The notes under the pieces are model-generated. The model ran no database searches and had not been told where the DNA came from. It worked only from the letters and a program-made list of their open reading frames with translations. Made by a program: the position numbers and the translations under genes. From assembly GCA_002633005.1 (NCBI GenBank), contig NMRA01001118.1, positions 1 through 45,497 on the forward strand: DNA of 45,497 nt. Direction: 5' to 3'. Shown here piece by piece: positions 34,867-45,497 of this stretch. Origin of the DNA: Phoronis australis. Its lineage: Eukaryota > Animalia > Phoronida. Each line of letters begins with the position of its first letter. Positions within the stretch are counted from its first letter, which is position 1.

Positions 34867-36799
34867 TTGTATTTGTTTAGCCCAGCTACCATGGCTCTTG
34901 GCGATTTCTGCGTCTGTATTTTTATTGTACTGGCTATTTCATGATAAATAATCCAAAATAGACTGCGGATACGAAGTTTATCATTGCTGTCCGTCAGCAT
35001 GGGCAAATAGTTGGGGGTACGTTTTCATTCGTGTAGCCGAGCGATGACCAGGATTGCGGTATAGGTGTTAGGATATCTTGTGTATACAGAACACAGTAAG
35101 AGTTCCCTTTAAGGTACATGTCTCTGTTCTACTATTAGGAGCAAGACTACCAAATGTGGTTCAAGAACCAGATTAAAAATCAACTCTTCATACGGCGTCT
35201 CTAGCTGATGGACACTTACTTTTGGAATGAATTTCTGATAAAATTTGATGGTATCAGCCACAGAAGTGGAAACTTTTCATTCACACACTTCTCGCGTCAT
35301 CTTCAAATGCCATCACAACCTTTAAGAAAACGTTACACCAGCAAAACCTAGAGCTTGGTGTAATAAATATTCGAAATGAAGTTCACACGAGTTACATGTA
35401 CCACAAGCGTGACGTATGCTCATGCGCAGAAAATATTTACCTTCGAGTGGAAATTTGAGGCTACGCGAAAAGACCCGCCTCCCGTTCAATAACTCTAGGA
35501 CCTCACTAAAAAAGCAACTCTTCGCGAGATTACGTGAGATATTGCCGTGTATTTATGTGAGAACACGTGACTTAAGTTAGATTTTAGCTAGGTCCTAGCG
35601 TTACTGAACACATGCCCGATGTAGATGTATTCCGGAGGCTACGTCATTAGCACACATTCCACTCCAGGCATATGCATTGTACCGTTTGCTACAATTGCCT
35701 TATGTGCTTCCGGCTTTTTACATGTAACTGCACTTACTAAAATAAATACGACACCAACCATTCTATCAAAGAAATGCATAGTTATTGCAAGGATTATTTT
35801 AAAATAGAATGTTTTCTTTCGCACAACCAGGCAGTAAAATATATGCCACAACACGTTATGTGTGCAAGTACATGTACCTAGTTTCGTGTGATAAAAAGAA
35901 GATATCGAAAATTCTCATATAATCACTGGAGTGGAAAGGGAATATTTCGCAAGTATTTTCGGGAGCTTAGTAGTCTGGCTAGCCTAGCAAAATGGTCACG
36001 ACTAGAGTGACCGGACAGCTTTGTCGCGGTGTTCAGTTGATGAATTAATTTCAATGTTCCATAGCCTATTGTATAAGTGAACATTTTTTACAAATTCAGC
36101 TCTGAATTTATCCTCAGAATACACTATCCTAAAATCTGAGAAGAGCGCGAAATAATCCGCTTCCTCATGGGGATTCCGGAGTTGCAAATTTGTTGTCTAG
36201 GATCTTCGATGTTCAGATTTGTTCAAAGTCGCGTGAAACTAACAAAAATAATCGCGCACGAGATCATGCTAACGCCCGGCTCCACGTGACCGAAAACTCA
36301 TGCATTTACCAGAAAGATTTATACATATTCACATGGTGCACCCAGAAATAGTAGACAGGACCTCTGAGCGTTGCCTAAACTTTGGAAGGATTGTGTGTTC
36401 GCTTCACAAGCTGGGTAAGGTGCCTTACAAATCTGATCAATCAAGACAGACGGAATGAACTACAGTTTTTAGGAGTGTTGTCTCTGAAATTTGAAAAAAA
36501 AAACAATAATCTATTCCTGATTGTTTCAAGATTCCGTCAATACTTATGGAGGTAAAAAGATTTACGTTCCTTTAGTAGCATTACAGTTACTGGTCGAAAG
36601 CACACACCAGCAGTCAGAAAAGTAGACAATATCAGCAGAGGGCTAGATTTGTCGTCTATTTTCCACACAATCGTGAATATAGCTGTTCCACAAACATCAG
36701 TCCCATCACTACATGTACCTGTTGTAAAAATATCTCAAATAAACACGGCGTGAAACTTCTATCTATACATGTAGGTAGAGCTTAAGTCCGGCGGGGTGT

Positions 36800-37930
36800 G
36801 CATACAGAGTCTGGAAGTCAACCGACACTCACCTTGCCCGTTACAGCGGTTTAAGTGAAAAACAAAACAATTTAATGAACGTCATTTTCTTGCGTAATTC
36901 TCTGCCTGTTCTAACAATGAAAAGTATGTCGTCGTTTCGAAAAGAGTGCGCTCGTGTCACGTACACGCCCCATTTCCTATTTTTTTCGACAAATCTCGGG
37001 AGATGGTGACAGCTTCGCAGCAACAAAATTTGTTCTGAAATTCGGTTTGCTTGTCATAAAATAATATAAACTTGAAACTCCAATTCCGATAATTTGCTGT
37101 GATATGTACGCAATATCGAGGAAGAGAAGAACAGTTAACTGAAGAATCGGGAACAAACTGGCCAATGTGTGGCTCTATTTCATGGCGCCGACGCAAAAGA
37201 TCGCACCACAGTCTAATCAACAGATTAGCGGTAAAACTCCAATTTTTCCAACACTGGTAAATGCTTTAGTTTACTCAAGGAAGAATGTAGTTTTTAATGA
37301 CACTACTTTTTGGTTAGATTTTATTTGGTTAGTTATTTACCCAGATCGGCGCAGCAAGGCTACGCGCCCATGTGGGTAAAAAACTTGCCAAATCTGACAC
37401 AAACTTAGTGTCATTAAAAACTACACTTTTTTGAGTAAAGGTGTTGGAAAAATTAGCGTTCTGCCAACATTCTGCTGCTAAAGCTATCGAGAAATCGTTT
37501 GCGTCGGCTTTGAAATAGTGCGTTACTTATTGGCCTGTTTATTTTTTCGCCAATTCAGTAATCAACTTTTCTTCTTTTACGAGGTTGCGTACATGTCAAA
37601 TTATCGGAAGTGGTTTCATTGAGTTGCAAATTTTTAGTACTTTAGTACCAGCAAACTTAACAAAATTTGCTGCTGCAAAGCTGTCATTGGCCTTGGCGCA
37701 ATGCTTCGTACTAAATATACAGCTGTATTTTGATGACAGTTTTCATACAGGTAGCTGGCTGGCTAAGCTGTCATGATCTTCCTAGAGTTGTCGCATAAAT
37801 TAAGAAATGAAGTGTTCACGTGTCACAAGCGTATTTTTCTTTGTTGCAGCGTAGCATTATGCAAGAAAATTATGTTTTATTTTCTTTCTGAATCGCATTC
37901 TTTCATCATTTCGGAAGTTGAAAGGTGAAA
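36800..37930. repeat. ~1.1-kb degenerate palindrome (foldback-type element)
   Basis: 36800-37343 is an imperfect inverted copy of 37373-37930, e.g. TGTAGTTTTTAATGACACTA / TAGTGTCATTAAAAACTACA and TTTACCCA / TGGGTAAA. Confidence 0.72.
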
Positions 37931-38477
37931 CGTCTGCGTGGTCGTGTCTGTGAGGGGTGAAGAAAGAGACAATCCCCTTCTCTAATAGGGCCTACATGCA
38001 TGAAAAACTCATACCGCATACACCATGGATTAACAAAAATCCCACTGAACACATACATGTATACATGAGAATTACGTTTGTTGATTAGATTCCTTGGAGA
38101 AAAGGAGCTAAAACGTGAGGTGACCTTTGTCTCGTCTGAGTCTAATTTTTATGTATTTAGCAGGGTATGTGACTTGTGCCATTTTCCGGGAGTGGAACAG
38201 TTTCTTAATGGGAGAGAGCTGAACACATCGTACCATTCCGTTGCAAAAGCTCAGGCGACGATTATTTGTTTAGATTTTGTGTAAGAACATGATGAAGTTA
38301 CATCTACGACATTTTAGTGAAACAGGTCTCTGGTCTCAACAATTTGAATTTCAAACGAGAGTACAACGGATCATTGCTTCATGTACATGTATTGATTGCA
38401 TTGCCATCGCCATGTGTTCGAAATGAAAGTAAGATCACAGGTAGTTGACATTAGACAAACAAAAGTGCAAGACTTAA

Positions 38478-40129
38478 AGGAGATAGCCACCCGATAAAAT
38501 CAATCTTTTTACCGTCTTAATCGGTTTATATCCATATCGCCTCGCATACGGTCGCCTTGCCTTGCCGAGAGTGTCGGGTTAACCTTTGAGGAAGATGAGA
38601 AACGACGCAGCGACGTCAGTGGTTCATATGCATTGTGAGTGCCGCTATGTTGCGGTGCATCGTTCTAGCTTGTCCGAATTATGAAGCTGCGAGGAAAGTG
38701 GTTGTATCGTGTTTTCGACTTCCTCGAGAGCCCGAAATGCTTAGGGAGTGGCTCGCGGTAGTGAAGAATGAAAAGTACAATGTTAATAGCAAATATGAGG
38801 CTGTGAAACATCTCCGTGTCTGTGGCCGGCATTTCGCAGACAGTGATTTCTCTGACGAATGCGGTTTACCAAAGAACTATCGATACTTTCCGTTGCCTGT
38901 GCAATCAGCAGTGTTCGCGGCGCCCCTCCAGTATTTCTTGATCAGTGAAGTCCGGTTCGAATTGACAGCTTGTGAAACCTAACGATCGACCTAGCTGTGG
39001 AGTCTTCGTCGGATAAGCTCTCGTCTACAGGTAACTCGGGATTGCGAGTTTCCATGTTGACGCGTATTATTCTGCGTTCTGTTTCAAAATGAATTATTTT
39101 CACCCTAAGCAATGTTTATATACACTTAAAACAGAAACAAAGTATGTCTCATTAGACACAATTTGTAATGTTTTTGGAATATTCGTGAGTGCAAATGTTT
39201 AGAGAAACCAGCAATGGATAAACCACTGCGTTACCGGCTTAAGATGCAATAAAGTAATTGACCGGGTACCGAGGCCGTATGAGCTCATGCTAATCCAGTG
39301 TTTGCTGACAGAAAGCTGTTGTGAAACAATAACTCGATTTTATGTGCTATGGTCACATGTTAGGGGCACCTTTATTTAAATATATAAATGCATTATTTAA
39401 ATCATTGTTACTGTACAACTTTTGCACTGACGGTTCTGTGGAAGGGGCCCCCGAAAAGTAAGTAGATTTTCACTTTCGGGGTTAAATTCACCAAACTAAA
39501 TACATGCATGTTATTTCTTTGGCTTACTATTATAGTCTTTTCGTGACTGCAGGTTTAGTTTTCAACTTAAGCTGGTTTATGTTTGTGATGTCTGGTCCCG
39601 GCGCCGCGGTGGGCCTCAGTGATCAGGTTCCGAACCACTGGGTGGGATAGGTGTTTTGTGTGTGAAAAAATCGCAAGCGTAACAGTGCAACACAGAGCTA
39701 TGTTCTCCTGTCTGTATTTCACGGAGGAATTATTCGAATTGATCAACGAATAGACCCAAACTCCGGCGATCGACCATGGTAAATTGGCCTACTGAGTAAC
39801 GAACTCGATATATTCAAATACCTATAAATCTGTTTCAGTGAAATAAAACAACACGTCTGTTCAAGAACTCTATGTATTTGTAAGGTTTTTACATCAAAAT
39901 TTGATGGTTTATTGGTGTAGAACGATGAATTCATGCTATAAGTTGACACCAGTAAGCGTGTTGTGAACGGCTGAACTGACTGCGTTCGAACCTATTACGC
40001 CATTGGTTAGTCTCAACACCTCCGTCTGCCGTCAGGTGTCAGATAAAACAACTGAACTTGCTGTTATCGAGTGGAACCAGTCGATCTAAGTTGATACAAA
40101 ATAGGTTGTTTTTTGGGTGGCATTATCCT
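38478..40129 (+). mobile_element. Kolobok-type DNA transposon, internally deleted (1652 bp)
   Basis: TTAA TSD (38474-77, 40130-33), AGG..CCT termini, imperfect TIR AGGAGATAGCCACCC / GGGTGGCATTATCCT, THAP ORF near the left end. Confidence 0.78.
38647..38982 (+). CDS. THAP (C2CH zinc finger) domain ORF, transposon-derived
   Basis: MLRCIVLAC...FRLP...EWL...VCGRHF is the THAP signature; no clear AVPT box or DDE domain follows. Confidence 0.8.
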   Translation: MLRCIVLACPNYEAARKVVVSCFRLPREPEMLREWLAVVKNEKYNVNSKYEAVKHLRVCGRHFADSDFSDECGLPKNYRYFPLPVQSAVFAAPLQYFLISEVRFELTACET

Positions 40130-41727
40130 TTAAAATGGTTGTAGTTTATGATTTTTGTACTTGGCGTACAAAACAATGAACCGAATTTTGAACTTGAATT
40201 TTCATTCCTTTTGTTACTTGTTACATGTACAAGTACTGTACATGTACGCACATGTACCTCTCTGAGCAAAATGAAATGTCCATCGACCATTTACGAAAGT
40301 ATCTGTTGTATTAAAAGCGTTTCGCCGGCCTGTGCTGCATAAAGAAACCTGTAGAAGATGGCCCAGACACGAAAGTATCAGAGGTGAGGATCCGACTGAT
40401 GATAAATATCAAAGTTGTAACGTTTCTTTGAAGACGCTATGACCTAAATTGTACCTTGCGTGAACATAATGGGCGCCATACAGCTTATCAGCGATACAGC
40501 AAATTGAAAGTGGAACGCTACTTCTTTATCTCTGTGATCGCTTGGTCAAATCAGATCGACAAACAACCTATAGCGAGGATGTGAATATGAAGTAGGCTGA
40601 AAATTGACAAATGTTTTAAAGAACGAGTTTTGACTCGAAAACGACCCGCTGTAAATCGCTCCACCTTGGCCGGTAATTAAGTATCGTGACGTGGTGTCGC
40701 GGAATAACGCGGCATGATGCCGGCTATGAGAAATGTCACCCATTCGCAGAATTTTTCATTTTCACATTTACAAGTTGTCAGTGAATACAACTGCGCTTTG
40801 TTTAGAGTAGATGATGTTCAAATGGGGCTATTCGACAATCTTTACATTACAAGAAGGCGCACGTGTACTAGTGGTGGTAGATTAAGCACCCTCGATTTCA
40901 CGAGCCCTTTAATACAAGGCTTGCAGTCGTGCCAACTGATTCTGAGATTGCGTGAAAAGGGTGCTTCCACGAGACGAAGAAATCACCACCTTATATGAAG
41001 GTAAGGTTTGTGATTATTTTAACGATTATTCCATGTTCACAATACTGACTCCTGTTAACTGAGGTACTGGCCGATTTCGACTTCGCGGCAGTCGCCAGTG
41101 GAGTTAATCATTGTTTATTGTGATGTGTGTTACGATACTTGACGTAGCAGTCGGGATCTTTTCGTACGTCAAAGAAGTATTAATAGTTTGGATTGATTTC
41201 TCACAGGTTCATCAGTGACAGTTACATCAATCAATGCTGAATGTTTGGCTGGGAACCCCATATTGGTTATTAGTAAGGTAAGAATTCAATCCAAGCCCAA
41301 AGGGTTCGTGACAAATATACATTAGACTATTTGTTTACTTCCTTCCCTATTCCGCCCGGAAATCTATTACACGTTGACAGGGTAATATACCATGTCTGTG
41401 ACCTTTGGTTTTCAGGCTTGAAGGCTAGTAGCCTACCGTGCAGAGGAGATACGCATCGCTCCTGCAACCTTCCCTGAATGGACAAATATCGGTTTTAAGC
41501 ACTTGACTGCAGCTAATAACCAGCAGGATTTCCTTATGCAGAGTACGCTGTTGCCAAAACCTACTTTCTGTACCGAAGACAAAGAACAAAGGCTTTCAGA
41601 AGGGACAGCTATTTTTTAAGAAATGTACGTGAGTTGTTTTGTTAATTTACATAATCGAGTCCTTAGCGGATGATTGCAAAGGGGGTTGGGGTTGTGAAAT
41701 TTGGTACAACTGAATGTGTGGAAATAA

Positions 41728-42005
41728 CACGTTTTTTAAGAGCTCGGTGTATTTGTAAGGGTTGTACATCGAAGTTTGATGATTTATTGGAGTGAAACTA
41801 TGAATTCAAGCTATAAGCTGACACCACTAACCCGTGTGGCGAACTTCTGAACAGACTGCGAGTGAAACCAATTACGTCATTGGATAATTTCAACACCTTC
41901 GTCTGCCGTCAGGTGTCAGCTAACGCAACCGAACGTGCCGTTTTTGAGTAGAACTACTCGATCTAAATCGATACAAAAAGGTTGTTTTTCGGGAGGCATT
42001 CTCCT
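41728..42005 (+). mobile_element. Right-end fragment of a second Kolobok-type copy
   Basis: Homologous to 39852-40129, ends GGCATTCTCCT|TTAA, inserted at a TTAA that is uninterrupted in repeat copies 1/2. Confidence 0.75.
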
Positions 42006-44112
42006 TTAACCTTCATGAAGTCATTTCACGTCCCATGAAAAACAAAGTTTTGCTATTTATTAAAAGTCCATCAAACTATATTAAATTTTCTGCTTTCCCA
42101 ATGACTGAACAGTCTTAACTCATGCCTTGAAATGTTGCAAGTCGTTTATAAAATCATATGACTGCTATTTTTTGTGAAAATTGCATTTTTGCTGTGAACA
42201 TACGAGTGAGGTCGTATTTGAACTTATTGTCTCAATCTTAAAACACAGAAAGATTATCTATCCTTTTTAAATGACCCAAGTCTTCGTAAAAAATTAAAAA
42301 TCTGAAGAACGGTTCCCTCAACCTTAGACCATAAGTGTGCTTGACAGACCCATGGATCTGTAATCGTTGTTTAAAATTGCTTAAAGTGTCAAAAATCAAA
42401 AGGCTTAAACATGTTCGACAAAGGTTTGAATTTGTGTCAAATAACTTGCATATTTTACAGACAACTAATGTGTTTAAAGAATTGTTATGGCTAGGAATGA
42501 AAAATATAGAGAGACTTATTTTACAGTTCTTGTGTTATAAGCCCTTGCTTTCTGGAAATATTAATTATATAATTTTGTGTTAAATTGTGGAGCAGTTACC
42601 ATATCGGTTACAATATTTTTGACCCAACCTGAAGTACTTAATTATTCATGTTCCAATATTTGTTCCAGGTTCAGCGACATTTTAAGGCCACTTCAAGGAG
42701 CAAAATAGACAAGCTTTGTTACTACTTTTCCTTCCCACAGCTTGTCCACAGACCAGTAGTGCTGCATGGCACTATGTACAAGCCAGTGGCTCGGGAGAAA
42801 TATGACTAAGTATAGTGAAATGTGTGAGTGGATATTTTGTGAGTGAAAAGGTACTACATGTATATCTGACTAATTCCCCAGCCAGTCTCTTTGGTGAGGA
42901 TGCCCTTTTATAGGCAAGGAGTCATGTGAGGACCACAATGGCTTATTTTCTTTCCTGGAAGAAACACGAGGGACTCAATCTAAAGAAGACCCACATTGTA
43001 TGAACACTCTGGTCTAGTCCAGGGTCACATTTTGGGCAGAAAGCGAGTCGAATGATACGCTGTTGTGCTTACATGTACCTTCCAGGATCTAATTTTGGGA
43101 AGTTATTGAGGCTGAATGGGGTTACATTAAGGAAAGCCACATGCCGAAGCTGGACCTTTCTTACAAGCGCTTCTACAAGCCATTGAAACCAGATCCCAGC
43201 AAAACGAAAACCAAAAGCATCTGGTATATGTGTCCTTTCTCACTGAGTGACATTAACTTTTCCTTTCTGAAGAAAGGCTTTATACTAATGGTAAAAATAT
43301 TTCCATTTGGTACACATTATGCGGAAATGACATTCAGTAACTGCATCGACTGTCTTATTGTCAGTGGAAAACCTATTAATTTTGATGATCGAATATTTTT
43401 TTTTCAAAATACAAGTTTGTCATTAATTATTCAAACCACAATACTTCTTCAGTTTCAAAGCCCCATAAAGTGCAGTTGGGCTACTCCTTTATCAAATGAT
43501 TATCGAATACGCTTGCGAGTTGTCATTTTCCTGGTGACCAATAGAAATGTCGTACGATCAAAGCGAAGTATTCTCTTTGTTTGCATTTAATATGTTTATG
43601 TGTGTAACTATTTTATAGATTTCTTAAGAACGCCTTTGAGCAGTTTTAAGTTTTATGTAAACATGTCTATAACAAAAGTTCCACATGCAATCAAAGTATG
43701 TTTTCAATCGTAGATAGCTAGAAAACAATCTGCTGTGCACAAGATTTGAGAATAAACAATATTCAGTGTATTTAAAGACATAATGGCAAACTGAACAACC
43801 GCCCGTAATCAGGGATATCGAGGGCTAACATTCTGAATTGAGAGATTCAATTCTCTCAATTTGTTGCTGAAGGACTGCTTCTCACTTTGTCGAAAGGTAA
43901 ATTAGACGGTGAGGCGGCTGGTTTGAGTCGCTTTCTCTCACCTGTAACTGATTTGTCAGAGAAATATTAGCAAATTATAAAAGAAAACACAAGACAAACC
44001 TACTTTTGTAAGGCAGAACATACTTGACATTTCACCTTCATGTGTATATGTAGAAACCAATAATCTTTGTAGCCAAGCCTTATTTAAGATCTGAATTAAT
44101 TAATATGTAAAA

Positions 44113-44845
44113 AATGCAAAAGTGATTTAAGAATGTGTATTTTTCATGACACCTAAAACGTGTTTCTGATATCAACAAATAAAAGTCATTCTAAGTGACA
44201 ATATTTATTACAATGCAATGCTATGAATATACTGGATAGGCCAATCATAATTCGGTAACTAATCTGGTAATCCTGGGGGTGCGGTCCGCTGTAAAATAAG
44301 GAAACTCACTCATCTAGAGAATTTTATTGGACCGTGCCATTATAGCCAGTTGCAATCTTGAACAAATCTGACTATCAAATGAAGAATAATAAGGAAAGTT
44401 GCAGTAGATTTCAATATTGAAAACGTGTACATTAACGCATTAAAGAACAACGCAACTTACGTATATTTCAAATACACGCGTATCAAGCCCGGCAGTTTCT
44501 CGACAACATCGGTCAATGTGACTCCTTGCACTTTGTTGAAATCGCACAACCTTGCCTTGCATAGCCTTGGTAAAAAGCTGTATACTGAATATACACTGTA
44601 CAGCTTTGCACCGATATGGGTAAAAAACTGTTAATGCTAAAGTGATTTAAGAATGTGTTTTGTTGATGACACCTAAAACGTGTTTCTGATCTTAAAACAT
44701 GAAAATCCTTCTAAGTGACAATATTTATTCCAATGCAATGCTATGAATTTGCTGGATAGCACACTCGGGTTAATTCGGTAACTTTCCTTGGGGTGGGGTC
44801 AGCTATAAAATAAGGAAACTCACTCATCTAGAGAATTACATTAGA
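44113..44845 (+). repeat. Internal ~215-bp direct duplication within copy 3
   Basis: 44113-44330 and 44633-44845 share AAAGTGATTTAAGAATGTG...GGAAACTCACTCATCTAGAGAATT. Confidence 0.8.
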
Positions 44846-45497
44846 CATTGCATAGTTTTGACGAGTAACTGCTGTGAAAAAGACATTCCATACATCTTAT
44901 ATTGGGAGCACTCCCACCCAGGACAATATGTGCTGCTACTTTACCATCCGGGTGACGGGTGATGTTCTGAAAAGAAACACTTAAATCCACTGAATACACC
45001 CGCCATTCAGTGGCGTAATTGGGGGGGTCAACATCACTGAATGATGTCGATAGAAACTAAGTGCTAAAAACTCACCAAGTAGCGCTAATAAGTAGTCTCT
45101 CAATGGAAACGCACAAAGCTAGGGACGTGACAAAGTCTTGTCTCAACGCTGATTGGCTTTTCCCAGATATTGCGTAATGGCGATTATCGATAAGACAGCC
45201 ATTGTCTCACGGTGGCTATAGTATTTCAGCTCTCTCTCCTCCAGAAACCAAGAAAACAGGGAACCACATTATTGATGACGTAGACCGTAAATTCTTCTGG
45301 GCATACGTCATTTTCTTTGTTGAATTTTCATTCTTGTCAAAGCATGTCACTGGTGAGAAGTTGGGGGAATTTTTCGCTCCTGTTTGACTGCTTGTATTTT
45401 GAAAGGTAAGTTATTTTCTCTTATGAAATGTGTTCTTTATTCTTATTTTATATCTTTTGCAACTGCTCACCAAATTTCAATTCAATCAAATCACCGT

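Larger units (their letters stand above)
40820..45115 (+). repeat. Diverged inverted copy 3 of the ~3-kb unit, with insertions
   Basis: Reverse-complement homology to copies 1/2. Insertions at ~41728-42005, ~43362-43700 and ~44330-44630. Confidence 0.8.

Noticed and set aside
40365-40420. Hammerhead ribozyme (GAAA ... CTGATGA)
   Set aside because: Could not build the three required stems
43141-43590. 149-aa ORF in repeat copy 3
   Set aside because: The frame is stopped in copies 1/2, it runs into a copy-specific insertion, and no motif is recognisable
45148-45412. CCAAT box plus AAG|gtaagt donor, possible first exon of the next gene
   Set aside because: Only generic signals; nothing downstream in the window to support it

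Overview
Eukaryotic (intron-containing, repeat-rich, probably marine invertebrate) genomic window with two assembly gaps (3861-4614, 26066-26948). The main protein-coding feature is a complete 8-exon TRMT1-like (TRMT1L) tRNA methyltransferase gene on the minus strand (17592->8401, 552 aa, all intron phases consistent). It lacks the N-terminal zinc-finger extension of the vertebrate protein. Divergently transcribed from it is a small single-pass membrane gene with one Sushi/CCP domain (exons 20644-20847 and 21321-21787). The rest is mostly mobile DNA: a TTAA-flanked Kolobok-type element carrying a THAP ORF, a TA-flanked Tc1/mariner-type element, a 9-bp-TSD Mutator-like element, a Harbinger MITE, two copies of a hAT-like MITE with an internal tRNA-like Pol III cassette, a LINE fragment, a ~1.1-kb palindrome, and three copies of a ~3-kb spliced but ORF-less unit. 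Comparing paralogous repeat copies by eye shows the same micro-insertion repeatedly (TA->TACATGTA, once TA->TACTGTA). This suggests the abundant TACATGTA motif in this genome is a transposon excision footprint.
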